A stretch of 64,000 nucleotides of DNA, from positions 992,872 to 1,056,871 of the forward strand of contig OY969784.1 of assembly GCA_963703055.1 (NCBI GenBank), read 5' to 3'. A program made the position numbers and the translations under genes. Under the pieces are notes generated by a model, which saw nothing but the letters and a program-made list of their open reading frames with translations, made no database searches and was not told the DNA's origin. The DNA comes from an uncultured Alphaproteobacteria bacterium. Lineage in GTDB: Bacteria; Pseudomonadota; Alphaproteobacteria; Sphingomonadales; Sphingomonadaceae. Below are positions 1 to 9,550 of the stretch, one piece after another. Within the stretch, counting starts at the first letter, position 1; each line of letters begins with the position of its first letter.

Positions 1-189
1 GACACACCGTAATTGCTCACGGTCCCCGACAGGGCGATTCGAAGCGCACCCTGCCCGATGAATTGATCGCCTCTGAAACACAGTGACATCGGCAACAAGC
101 GCGCCTCCTTATCGTTGCCTCAAAGGCGGTGCAACGGATTTTGTTCCACATCCGGAAGGCGTGAAACTCTTCTTGACCAAAGGCCTTGG

Positions 190-609
190 TCAAGGATCGG
201 GCCAAAGCCCTTCGAATGAAGCGATTTCGACGCCGACGCCGTGAGCCTCTGGATAGATGTCGGGCTTGGACGAGCGCAGCCGGAGCGCGCGAACGCCGCG
301 GAAAGCCGCCAGTCTTCGAAACGTCTCGTGGACGAAGGTCTCCTGGAGGTTGAACCGTCGAGACGATGCGACTTCCTCGATTTCGCTTCGAAGAAAATCA
401 TAGTCCCACGCGTGAGCCGGATCATCGTCTTTTGGAACTGCCGGGTCCTCGAGCCAGATTTCCGCAGTAACGAGGAGACGCTGCGGGGCTCCAATCTCGA
501 ACTCGTGAAACCCAATGTCGATCGTAACCTCGAGCGATTCGAGAAAAATTCGCTGCGAACGAACCTTCAACGCGTCGGGAACGAGGCCAAGAAGTCCAGA
601 GTCGCTCAT
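190..609 (-). CDS. folB: dihydroneopterin aldolase family protein (FolB-like)
   Basis: 139-aa ORF with a FolB-like core (LEVTIDIGFHEFE...WDYDFL...NLQETFVHE...KPDIYPEA). ATGA overlap with the upstream SDR gene. Confidence 0.6.
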   Translation of the reverse strand: MSDSGLLGLVPDALKVRSQRIFLESLEVTIDIGFHEFEIGAPQRLLVTAEIWLEDPAVPKDDDPAHAWDYDFLRSEIEEVASSRRFNLQETFVHETFRRLAAFRGVRALRLRSSKPDIYPEAHGVGVEIASFEGLWPDP

Positions 610-1343
610 TCATCCTCCAAAAACTGGACGTCGCGGCCAAGCCCCATGAAGCGCTGTCCTGCGTCGATCACGAGCATCTGTCCGGTCACGCAGCGCGCGT
701 TGATGAGGTAGCGGATGGCATCGACGAGATCGGACGGCTCTACACCTCGCCCAAGCGGCGTCTTTCGGTGCATCGATTTGAAATTCTCCTCGCTCTGGCC
801 GCTCGAGCGGAGCATCAGGCCGGGTGCCAGCGAATTCACTCGAATGCCCAATTTGGCAAGCGCTCGTGCGGAAAGATCAGTAAGGCCGGCGAGCGCCTGT
901 TTGGAAAGCGTGTAGCTTAAAAAATCGGCATTGGGTGACTCGAGTTTTGAATCCAGAATGTTGACGACAAGCGAGTCTTCGGTTGCATTCTGATCTCTTG
1001 CAAACCGCTCGATCAGGAGAGCCGGTGCCCGAACATTGACCGCCGAATGAGCGAGAAATTCGCTCGGATCGAGGTCACCAAATCCGTCCCAACAGAAACG
1101 AGCGGCGTTATTGATCAATAGTCGCACTGGAGGAAGACCGTCGGTTGCATTGAAAATGGTCCGCGCGCAATCGGGATCCTCAAGGTCGACAACGGCCTTT
1201 CTCGCTCCTTCAGGAACGGGATCATCCGGCTGCCGCACATGGGCGACGACACGCCAGCCATCAGAAATGAGTTCCTCGGCGATGGCTTTTCCCACGCGCT
1301 TGCCAGCACCGGTGACGATTGCGGTTCTTCCTGGCTCAATCAC
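606..1343 (-). CDS. SDR family oxidoreductase (pteridine-reductase-like context)
   Basis: TGAGKRVG Rossmann motif directly after a GTG at 1343, preceded by AGGAGG. The 302-aa ORF upstream part overlaps the DUF1285 gene and was trimmed. Confidence 0.8.
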   Translation of the reverse strand: MIEPGRTAIVTGAGKRVGKAIAEELISDGWRVVAHVRQPDDPVPEGARKAVVDLEDPDCARTIFNATDGLPPVRLLINNAARFCWDGFGDLDPSEFLAHSAVNVRAPALLIERFARDQNATEDSLVVNILDSKLESPNADFLSYTLSKQALAGLTDLSARALAKLGIRVNSLAPGLMLRSSGQSEENFKSMHRKTPLGRGVEPSDLVDAIRYLINARCVTGQMLVIDAGQRFMGLGRDVQFLEDE

Positions 1344-1394
1344 AAGAGACCTCCTGCCTTGAGCTGCGCTTCGAAGCAATCCAATGGAGATCGA

Positions 1395-1961
1395 ATGGAT
1401 GAGGGCCGCCCATCGATTGATTTTCAGACAATCCGGTTTGAAGAGCTCGAACAATTCGTAAGACAGCAGCGATTTCCGCCAGTTGAACACTGGCACCCTG
1501 AACGGTGCGGACACTCAGGGATGCGGATCGCTCGCGACGGCACCTGGTATCACGAAGGATCGCCTATCCGAAGGCCAGAACTCGTCCGACTGTTTTCAAC
1601 AATATTGAGACGCGAGGCCGGCGGCGATCACGTCCTAGTGACCCCGGTTGAAAAGCTCGACATCGATGTCGAGGCGACCGCCTTTAAGGCCGTTGAGATG
1701 CGAAGCTTGGGAGCCGGGAGCGAACGGCGGATCGCATTTCGGCTCGATAGCGATGATATCGTTATGTTGGGGAGCCGAAACCCACTTAAGATTATCCATT
1801 TGGACCACGGCCCTTCGCCTAGAATTGAAGTGCGAAACGGTCTCGACGCGGAGCTCAGCCGAGCGGTCTATTACGAGCTTGCCGAGCTTGCGATTGCTGA
1901 GGGCGCCGACCCTCCCGGCATTTGGAGCGACGGGATGTTTTTTCCCTTGGGCGACGAATGA
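1395..1961 (+). CDS. DUF1285 domain protein
   Basis: WYHEGSPIRRPELVRLFSTILRRE...LVTPVEKLDIDVE pattern typical of DUF1285. Start taken at ATG 1395. Confidence 0.75.
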   Translation: MDEGRPSIDFQTIRFEELEQFVRQQRFPPVEHWHPERCGHSGMRIARDGTWYHEGSPIRRPELVRLFSTILRREAGGDHVLVTPVEKLDIDVEATAFKAVEMRSLGAGSERRIAFRLDSDDIVMLGSRNPLKIIHLDHGPSPRIEVRNGLDAELSRAVYYELAELAIAEGADPPGIWSDGMFFPLGDE

Positions 1962-2545
1962 TGAGTCTTCTTGGGGAATGCCTGCGCAACCGTCTTGCCG
2001 TAAAGCCCGCAACTGCGCCAATCGAAGGCGACGATCCAATTCGCCTCGAATCCTTGCTGAAGCCAGCTGCTGTCCTGATCGCGGTCACCGACCGGCTGGA
2101 GCCTGGCGTTCTTCTCACCTTAAGACGCGATCATTTGCGGTCCCACGCCGGTCAGGTCGCTTTTCCTGGCGGGCGGATCGAACAGGATGAAGATGCGGTC
2201 GCGGCGGCGCTTCGCGAAGCGCATGAAGAAATCATGCTCGATCCCGCCGATGTTGAAATCTTATCCTTATTGGACTCCTATCGCACCGGAACGGGCTATC
2301 TGATTGCGCCCGTTCTTGGCGTCATCCCTCCCGATCTTACGCTCAAGCCCCATGAGGATGAAGTCGCGGCATTGTTCGAAGCTCCGCTTTCCTATCTTCT
2401 TGATCCTTCGAACCGGACCCGGCGAAGCGCGCTGTTCGAGGGACGCGAGCGCCACTATTATGAAATCATGTGGGAAGATCGAAGGATCTGGGGGGTAACC
2501 GCGGCGATGATCGTCAATCTTTCAAACAGGCTTAACTGGCATTGA
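1958..2545 (+). CDS. CoA pyrophosphatase (NUDIX hydrolase)
   Basis: Nudix box GGRIEQDEDAVAAALREAHEEI. ATGATGA overlap with the DUF1285 stop. Confidence 0.8.
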   Translation: MMSLLGECLRNRLAVKPATAPIEGDDPIRLESLLKPAAVLIAVTDRLEPGVLLTLRRDHLRSHAGQVAFPGGRIEQDEDAVAAALREAHEEIMLDPADVEILSLLDSYRTGTGYLIAPVLGVIPPDLTLKPHEDEVAALFEAPLSYLLDPSNRTRRSALFEGRERHYYEIMWEDRRIWGVTAAMIVNLSNRLNWH

Positions 2546-3744
2546 GGATCGACGCAGAGAAATGGCGCAGCTGGCGTGGAATGGAGCGCCTGCTCGACGC
2601 TCTTGGCGGCGATGTCGGCTTCACGCGTTTTGTCGGGGGCGCAGTACGCGATGATCTTCTTTGCCTCCCTGTCAGCGATGTTGATCTTGCAACCCAACTT
2701 GAGCCTTTGAAGGTCATCGAGCGGTTGAAGCGTTCGAACATCAAAGCCGTGCCGACGGGGATTCAACATGGCACCATCACTGCGGTTAGTGATGGCCTTC
2801 CCTATGAAATCACCACGCTGAGACGCGACGTCACGACCGATGGACGCCGTGCCACCGTTGCCTTCACGAGCGTCTGGGAAGAGGATGCCGGGCGCCGGGA
2901 TTTTACAATCAACGCGCTTTTCGCTGACCCAGAGAGCGGCGAAATCTTCGACTATTTTCAAGGGATTGAAGATTTGCTCGCGAGGCGCGTGCGGTTCATC
3001 GGAGACCCTCTCAAACGGATTGCGGAAGACCACTTGAGGATCCTTCGCTATTTTCGCTTCCACGCGCGGTTTGGGACCGAATCCTTCGATCAAAGCGCTC
3101 TTGATGCATGCACAGCACGCTCAAACGACCTCATGGCCCTCTCGCGCGAACGGATTGCCGACGAACTCTTGAAACTTCTGACGCTCGCCGATCCGACCAA
3201 AACCGTGAAAATCATGATCGAGCGCAAAATTCTTTCACCCGTCCTTCCTGAAATCGGGTTCGACGGGCTTTTCTCTCTCGAACGTCTGATCGCGGCCGAA
3301 AAGGTCGCCAACATCGCTCCCGAGGGTCTTCGTCGACTGGCAGCCCTTTTGCCGCCCGATCCTCGTGTTGGCGAAGCTGTCGCAGTTCGGCTGAAACTCT
3401 CGACCAAGGCGCGCAGAAGATTGAGCTGTGCCGTCAAACGCGAACTGCAATCGAGTTCCCAAGCACTGGCCTACCGTTGTGGAATTGCCTGTGCTCTTGA
3501 CCGGTTGCTGATTGCAGGCAAGGCCAAGGATGCCGCAGAAATCGAAAGCTGGCTTCCCCCTAGGCTTCCAATTGGCGGCGGGATCCTCATCGCTCGAGGC
3601 GTTCCAGAAGGGCCGGCTGTCGCGCGTACTCTTCGTCGGATCGAACAACGCTGGATCGAGGAAGGATTTCCAGCCGATGACGCGCTTGAAGCGATCATCT
3701 GCGATGAGCTTGCGAGCGCTAAAGGTCGAGATGGCGGTTCTTGA
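2542..3744 (+). CDS. cca: CCA tRNA nucleotidyltransferase / poly(A) polymerase family
   Basis: GGAVRD...DVDLAT and RRDFTINAL motifs. TTG start overlaps the previous stop (TTGA). Confidence 0.8.
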   Translation: MRIDAEKWRSWRGMERLLDALGGDVGFTRFVGGAVRDDLLCLPVSDVDLATQLEPLKVIERLKRSNIKAVPTGIQHGTITAVSDGLPYEITTLRRDVTTDGRRATVAFTSVWEEDAGRRDFTINALFADPESGEIFDYFQGIEDLLARRVRFIGDPLKRIAEDHLRILRYFRFHARFGTESFDQSALDACTARSNDLMALSRERIADELLKLLTLADPTKTVKIMIERKILSPVLPEIGFDGLFSLERLIAAEKVANIAPEGLRRLAALLPPDPRVGEAVAVRLKLSTKARRRLSCAVKRELQSSSQALAYRCGIACALDRLLIAGKAKDAAEIESWLPPRLPIGGGILIARGVPEGPAVARTLRRIEQRWIEEGFPADDALEAIICDELASAKGRDGGS

Positions 3745-5515
3745 ACGCCGCGCGGATCTTCCGAGAGCTGCGAGCCGGCCGAATGATTTCTCCGCGTTTC
3801 TGTGTCGTTCGAACCTTCAAGAGGTCCTGGCGCGACAATAGGCCAACGACCGATCGCGTCTGCGGATCGACGATGGGCACTCGCCCCGTTCCTGATTCGA
3901 CCATCATGTCCGCGACAAGTCCGCAGGGGGTCTCGGGGTATGCGACCAGGGTCGACGCGTCGGACAGTGCATCGACCAGTCGGCCGTCGAGTTCCGATCC
4001 TTCCTGGTGCCAACGAAGAGCATCGGTTCGCGAAGCAAGGCCAAGCAACCGGCCGTTCTCGTCGACCACCGGATAGGATCGGTGCTGAGCTTCCTTTCTG
4101 AAAAATTCGACCGCGTCCGAAAGGCTCATGTCTCCCGGCAATGTCGCGGGATTCGACGTCATCACTTGTCTCGCCTGGAGAAACTCGAGGGGGTCGATGG
4201 TATATTCCTGAAGAATGTGCCGTCCCCGCCGCGCAATTTTTTCGGTAAGAATAGAGCGACGCATGACAAGAACGCTGACCGCATAAGCGGTTGCTGCAGC
4301 AGCGATGGTTTCGGGTAGTGCGCCAAGGTGGTTCGTCAGCTCTGCGGCAAAAAGTGCTGCGGTCACGGGCGCTCGCATCGCTCCGCTTAATATGCCGGCC
4401 ATCGCCACCATCGCCCAGAAGCCCGGATCCCAGTGAAGCCAAAAACCAATGAGATAGCCGGCGGAACCTCCAAGGATCAGAAGCGGTGCGAGAATGCCTC
4501 CGCTTGTCCCCGACCCGAGTGCAACCAGCCAGACGATGGCCTTGACGACGAGGAGAGCGACGACGACGCGAATTGCGAGTGAACCGTTGAGCAGTTCCTG
4601 AATGCTGCCATAGCCAGCGCCAAGGACGCGCGGCTCGATCAACGCGCCAAGACCAACGACAATTCCCCCCAGAGCCGGCCACCACATCCAGTGAAGAGGC
4701 GAACGATGAAATGCGTCCTCAATCCGGTAAAGAAGCGCGGAGAGAAGCGCAGCCTCAATCCCAACGATGAGACCAAGCACCACCGCAAACCCAAGCGGAG
4801 CCAATCCTTCTGGCGTCGCTGCGGAAAACGGGAACAAGGGTCCGCTTCCCACCAGTAGCGGACGCCAGGACAGGGACACGAGCGTCGCAGTGACCACCGG
4901 AACGAAGCTTCGCGGCTTCCATTCGAACAGAAGCACTTCAAGCGCGAGCATGATCGCTGCAAGTGGGGTGCCGAAAATCCCTGTCATGCCAGCGGCAGCG
5001 CCCGCAACGAGCAGGGTTTTGCGCTCCGCTGCGCTCAGTCGAAAACGCTGCGCAAACAACGATCCGATCGCGCCGCCGGTCATGATGATCGGCCCCTCCG
5101 CTCCGAACGGGCCGCCGCTTCCGATCGAAATGGCCGAGGAAAGCGGCTTTAAGAGCGCGACCTTCAGTGAAAGCCGGCTTTCGCCGAACAGGATCGTTTC
5201 GATCGCTTCGGGAATGCCATGTCCACGGATCTTCTCGGAGCCATATTTCGCCATCAACCCGACCATCAGACCGCCGAGGACCGGAACGGCGACGGTCACA
5301 ACGCTCGGAGACACCATGGCCATGTCTGCTGCCCGATCCGAAAAACGGTAAAACCAGAAAAGGTTCGTTGCGATGGCAATGAGTTTAAGAAGAAGCCAAG
5401 CGCCAAGTGCGCCGCCGGTTCCTACTGCGACTGCCATTGCGCTGAGCAACAGCATTCGCCAGTCGGCACTATGATCTGCAAGCCGTCTTGGGCGATTGAG
5501 CGAAGTTGAAGACAT
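3719..5515 (-). CDS. ClC-family chloride channel with C-terminal CBS pair
   Basis: GSGGPFGAEGP and GIFGTPL selectivity-filter-like motifs, many TM segments, C-terminal CBS-like repeats. Start set at ATG 5515 (MSSTSLNRP). Confidence 0.85.
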   Translation of the reverse strand: MSSTSLNRPRRLADHSADWRMLLLSAMAVAVGTGGALGAWLLLKLIAIATNLFWFYRFSDRAADMAMVSPSVVTVAVPVLGGLMVGLMAKYGSEKIRGHGIPEAIETILFGESRLSLKVALLKPLSSAISIGSGGPFGAEGPIIMTGGAIGSLFAQRFRLSAAERKTLLVAGAAAGMTGIFGTPLAAIMLALEVLLFEWKPRSFVPVVTATLVSLSWRPLLVGSGPLFPFSAATPEGLAPLGFAVVLGLIVGIEAALLSALLYRIEDAFHRSPLHWMWWPALGGIVVGLGALIEPRVLGAGYGSIQELLNGSLAIRVVVALLVVKAIVWLVALGSGTSGGILAPLLILGGSAGYLIGFWLHWDPGFWAMVAMAGILSGAMRAPVTAALFAAELTNHLGALPETIAAAATAYAVSVLVMRRSILTEKIARRGRHILQEYTIDPLEFLQARQVMTSNPATLPGDMSLSDAVEFFRKEAQHRSYPVVDENGRLLGLASRTDALRWHQEGSELDGRLVDALSDASTLVAYPETPCGLVADMMVESGTGRVPIVDPQTRSVVGLLSRQDLLKVRTTQKRGEIIRPARSSRKIRAAFKNRHLDL

Positions 5516-5719
5516 CGGGGCGCGCATGAAACATACGGCCAAGACAGCGCAACGCCCTGTCGCCCTTACTTGATGTTGGTCAAGGAAGTTTGAGCGACCC
5601 GAAGCCCGAATTTTCGTGAAGGGCACGACCCTTTTGATGCTTAACTATCGGGATTGCGGGGTCTTTTGGGCCCTACCGACTGAAGGACAAACGTCGGCGA
5701 GGAAATGAACCGCCGGAGT

Positions 5720-6967
5720 TCAGGAAAGGCGCGCGAGAGCGACTTCCGAAATTGGCTCGAGCTGCGGCGATGAACCGCCAGCGGCAAGAACCGCGGCAGG
5801 AGCGACAACATGCTGCGGGCCAAGCGATTGGTATCGTGCGAACAGGTCGACGAAATGTTCGTCCATTGTTCGCGGCCGACTGGCGCGAACGGCCGCCGCT
5901 CGCTGGAGTTCGGGTCCGCGATTGATGAACCAGTTGATCGCCTCCTCAAGCGACCGCTCATTTCCGGCGCGAAAGGTTGCTCCAGCTCCTTCGACGAGCT
6001 GATCAACTGCTGCACCGCCGTTGGGCACAATCAGCGGGAGCCCGCTGGCGCGAGCCTCGGCAGCAACGAGACAAAATGTTTCGGATTCGCACCCATGAAC
6101 AAGTGCGTCAGAGCTTGCCAGAAGCGAAGCGAGCTCGGCTCGTTCGGTGATCCGCGGGAGAACCGCGACATTGCGATATTGCTCCGCAACCATTTCCAGC
6201 TTTTGCCGCTTCGAACCATCACCGACAAGCAGAAGACCGACCGGTTTCTTGCGTCCGGTTTCGCCGACCGCCCGAAGAACCGTTTCCCAGCGCTTCTCGG
6301 CAGAAAACCGGCCGACCGAAACCAGAAGAACCGCTTCCGGGCCAAGGCCGAGCCCGGAAAGAGCAGCCCGGCGCAGCTCGGAAGATCGAAAGGACGGCGA
6401 AAATATCCCGGGTTCAACGCCCATTTGGATGGTTTCGCTGTTCGAAACGCCGCCGCCGGCCAGGCGGTTCGCAAGCTGCGAATTTGCACAAACAACCGTA
6501 TCGAACATCGAGGAGAGGCCTCTTAAGTGCCTCCAGAAACGACCAAAGAGCCGATCGATGCTTGATTGCGACGCAATTCCGCCGAGCCAGCGATATGCGT
6601 AGGCCGCGAGTGGATCGGCATGCATGACGAGCGAGCGTGTTGCTGAACCTTGCCAACGGCCCACCATGGTCGCGCTCGACCATGGCGAAGATGCCTCGAC
6701 GTGATCAGGCTGCCATGCGTCGAGCGTCGAATGAAGCAGGCGTTCATCATCGAAATATCGATAGCGTCCGTCGACTGGAAGCTGCGGCGAAGGAATGCTG
6801 ACAAGAGCGACGCCAGGACCCTTTCGGATGACCTGATGGTCTTCGCCCGGGACAATTACGATCATCTCGTGGCCGAAGCGCGCAGCAGCGCGCAGCTTCG
6901 CTTCCACATAGGTGCGAACGCCGCCGCCAAAAGGCGTGTAAAACGCTGAAACGTCGACAATACGCAT
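5720..6967 (-). CDS. glycosyltransferase family 4 (GT-B, group 1)
   Basis: MRIVDVSAFYTPFGGGVRTY N-terminus and the C-terminal E-x7-E region (ESETFCLVAAEA). Start at ATG 6967. Confidence 0.85.
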   Translation of the reverse strand: MRIVDVSAFYTPFGGGVRTYVEAKLRAAARFGHEMIVIVPGEDHQVIRKGPGVALVSIPSPQLPVDGRYRYFDDERLLHSTLDAWQPDHVEASSPWSSATMVGRWQGSATRSLVMHADPLAAYAYRWLGGIASQSSIDRLFGRFWRHLRGLSSMFDTVVCANSQLANRLAGGGVSNSETIQMGVEPGIFSPSFRSSELRRAALSGLGLGPEAVLLVSVGRFSAEKRWETVLRAVGETGRKKPVGLLLVGDGSKRQKLEMVAEQYRNVAVLPRITERAELASLLASSDALVHGCESETFCLVAAEARASGLPLIVPNGGAAVDQLVEGAGATFRAGNERSLEEAINWFINRGPELQRAAAVRASRPRTMDEHFVDLFARYQSLGPQHVVAPAAVLAAGGSSPQLEPISEVALARLS

Positions 6968-7059
6968 TGGTTGAAGGAAGCGGACCGGAGGGAGAAACAT
7001 CAAGTGAAGCTTTGTTAATGGACTGGCGCAACATGTCGCCATGGCCCACATGCGGGCAA

Positions 7060-7824
7060 ATGTCGACTGGCCGGCCACCCCTATTGTTGGCGTCAATTCA
7101 CGATGTGTCGCCCCGTTTCGAAAGCGAGGTCGATGCGTTGCTCGATTTACTTGCCCCCCACGTGGGCGACCGTCTTGGAATGCTTGTCGTTCCAAATCAT
7201 TGGGAGGATGCGCCCATAATCGCGGGTTCGCCCTTTGCCGCGCGACTTCGCAAATGGGCCGAGAGCGGGATCGAGATCTTTCTTCACGGCTTTTATCACC
7301 GCGACCAGAGCCTGCACGAAGGAACATCGGACCGCCTACGCGCACGGCTCATGACCGCCGGCGAAGGCGAATTCCTGGGCTTGAGCCGAACGGAAGCGCG
7401 CGCGCGCATTCTCAAGGGTCGAGCGCTGCTCGAGGACATCACCGGACGGCCCATTGATGGTTTCGTCGCTCCGGCGTGGCTTTATGGCGAGGGCGCACGC
7501 GAAGCGATGGTCGAATGCGCAATCCCGCTTGCCGAAGACCATTTACGCGTCTGGTCACCAGCAAGTGGAGCTCAGCTCGCCTGGGGTCCAGTGATTACTT
7601 GGGCAAGCCGAACTCGAGCGCGACTTGTGTCCTCTCTCGTCGCTTCCGCTTTGCTTCGCCATGTTCCGCTCAACGTGCTTCGGATCGGCGTCCATCCGCC
7701 TGATTCCCGGCACAAGGCTCTTGTTCGAAGCATCGACAAGACCTTCAAGGCCGCATCGCGAGGGCGCCGTCCGGGCCGTTATTCCGATCTCGTCTCGAGC
7801 GACTTTCGGCGCGATCTCCAATAG
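7060..7824 (+). CDS. DUF2334 / polysaccharide-deacetylase-like protein
   Basis: LLLASIHDVSP...VVPNHWE...FLHGFYH pattern of DUF2334. Divergent from the GT4 gene. Confidence 0.7.
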   Translation: MSTGRPPLLLASIHDVSPRFESEVDALLDLLAPHVGDRLGMLVVPNHWEDAPIIAGSPFAARLRKWAESGIEIFLHGFYHRDQSLHEGTSDRLRARLMTAGEGEFLGLSRTEARARILKGRALLEDITGRPIDGFVAPAWLYGEGAREAMVECAIPLAEDHLRVWSPASGAQLAWGPVITWASRTRARLVSSLVASALLRHVPLNVLRIGVHPPDSRHKALVRSIDKTFKAASRGRRPGRYSDLVSSDFRRDLQ

Positions 7825-9542
7825 TCCAAGGCGGCCTCGGGCTCGAGCGGTCGGGCAAAATAGAACCCTTGCCCTGAGGCACAACCCAAGGTTGCAAGGG
7901 TTGTTGCAAGCTCGACCGTTTCGATCCCTTCCGCGGTGGTCGACATCCCGAGCGCTTCTGCAAGACTTAGAACGGCCCTCACGATTGCAACAGCGTCCGG
8001 ATCAACCATCATCCCCGTCACGAAACTCTTGTCGATTTTGAGAACGTCGATTGGAAGTCGCTGCAAATAGGCAAGGCTCGAGTAGCCGGTGCCAAAGTCG
8101 TCCATTGCGACGGTCGCATCGAGCGCCTTCAAGGCGTCGAACACGCGCGTCGCGCGAACGGGGTCCTGGACAATCGAGCTTTCCGTCAACTCAAGGGTCA
8201 GTCGATCACCGGTCAAGCCGCTCGATTTCAACGCGCTTGCAACGACTGCAGCAATGTCATCGCGAGCAACCTGGATCGCAGAAAGGTTTACTCCGACATA
8301 AAGTGGTAGTCGCTCGCCGGCTGACCGATCCCAATCCGCCAAGGTTTGTGCGGCCTTGTCCATCGCCCAGCGCCCAAGCTGCAAAATCAGGCCCGATTCT
8401 TCGGCGACCGGAATGAACTCCGTTGGACTGATTTCTCCCCGGTCAACGTGAGTCCAACGCGCGAGAGCCTCAAAGCCCGCAACTTCCCCGCTCTTCAAAT
8501 TGATAAGTGGCTGATAAAAAAGCCTAAGCTGGTCCTTGTCGAGAGCGCGGCGAAGTTCAGTTTCGATCGAGAAGCGGCGTCGTGCTTCCGTTGCTTGACG
8601 CGGCTCATAAACTTGAGGACTTCCCGCGACCTTCGCCTGCTTTACCGCGAACTGAGCGTTGCGAAACAGCTCTTCGGGATCCTGTCCCGCGTTCATGAGC
8701 GAGACGCCGATTGCGCATTCTACGCGAATTTCCAGCTCGGAGAGCCTGAAAGGGGCGCTCATCACCGCCCGAATGCGCTCGGCGGCTCGCAACGCGTCTT
8801 CAACTCCGCGCCGGAGAGAAACGAGGATTCCGAATTCATTGCCGCCGGTGCGTGCAAGGACATCGCCCGCGCGAAGCGCCAAAATCAATCGTCGAGCAAA
8901 TGTAATGAGAAGTTCGTCACCGACGAGACTGCCCATCGACTCATTGATCCGTGAGAAGCGAAGCATGTCGACGACCAGGACCGCATGCTCGAGGTCGCGT
9001 GCAACCTTCGCGCCTTCAATTTCAATAGCCTCAGTAAAGGCCAGGCGGTTGGGAAGGCCCGTCAGACTGTCGCGCAACATTTCAGCGCGAAGGGTTCGCT
9101 CCGCCTGAAGTTCAACGGTTCGATCGACCACGCTCAAAAGGCATCGTTTGCTTGAATTTGCAGCAGCCGGGAGTGGAGCAAGATTGATTCGATAAAAAAG
9201 CGCGGAAACGCCTTCACCATCTTTGAAATCAAGCTCGCCCGTCTCGTCTGAACCTTCAAAATAGGCGATTAGAAGATCGGCAATGGGCCCGCTTTTGAGG
9301 CATTCGGCGTTATTCCAGTCGAGCGCTGTACAATAGGAATTCTCGACCATGGCGTGAAAGCGCGCGTTGTGGGGCCCAACGGTGAATGCCCCCTTCTCGG
9401 AGCGCTCAACGACTGCAGCAGCAATTGGAAGTGCATCGAGCAAACCCCGCTCGTCCGCACCGGCACGATGCGGTTTCCGAGTTTGATTGTCCGGCCGACG
9501 ATGTCTTTCCCCATTCGCCCGCCGGCTAGCTGCAGCCTGCAT
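7779..9542 (-). CDS. GGDEF-EAL signalling protein (degenerate GGNEF site, intact EAL)
   Basis: LTGLPNR...RTGGNEFGIL (A-site reads GGNEF at 8832-8846). EAL domain has FEALARW, DDFGTGYSS, KIDKSF and EGIET. Confidence 0.9.
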   Translation of the reverse strand: MQAAASRRANGERHRRPDNQTRKPHRAGADERGLLDALPIAAAVVERSEKGAFTVGPHNARFHAMVENSYCTALDWNNAECLKSGPIADLLIAYFEGSDETGELDFKDGEGVSALFYRINLAPLPAAANSSKRCLLSVVDRTVELQAERTLRAEMLRDSLTGLPNRLAFTEAIEIEGAKVARDLEHAVLVVDMLRFSRINESMGSLVGDELLITFARRLILALRAGDVLARTGGNEFGILVSLRRGVEDALRAAERIRAVMSAPFRLSELEIRVECAIGVSLMNAGQDPEELFRNAQFAVKQAKVAGSPQVYEPRQATEARRRFSIETELRRALDKDQLRLFYQPLINLKSGEVAGFEALARWTHVDRGEISPTEFIPVAEESGLILQLGRWAMDKAAQTLADWDRSAGERLPLYVGVNLSAIQVARDDIAAVVASALKSSGLTGDRLTLELTESSIVQDPVRATRVFDALKALDATVAMDDFGTGYSSLAYLQRLPIDVLKIDKSFVTGMMVDPDAVAIVRAVLSLAEALGMSTTAEGIETVELATTLATLGCASGQGFYFARPLEPEAALDYWRSRRKSLETRSE

Positions 9543-9550
9543 GGGCTTCG

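Noticed and set aside
1-189. Possible 3' end of a plus-strand gene (frame 3 open to ~86), and a 9-bp hairpin (CTTGACCAA-aggcc-TTGGTCAAG, about 170-192) overlapping the folB-like stop.
   Set aside because: The fragment is too short to assign any family. The hairpin lacks a U-tract, so calling it a terminator is not justified.
3471-4685. 404-aa minus-strand ORF in an alternative frame.
   Set aside because: It overlaps the ClC channel gene and the cca 3' end. Its translation is Arg/Ser/Pro-rich with no motifs, while the ClC frame has clear channel motifs.
5516-5719. Possible fluoride (crcB-motif) riboswitch upstream of the ClC channel.
   Set aside because: The leader does not contain the conserved crcB-motif core I could recognise. 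The channel also has CBS domains typical of chloride-type ClC rather than ClC-F.
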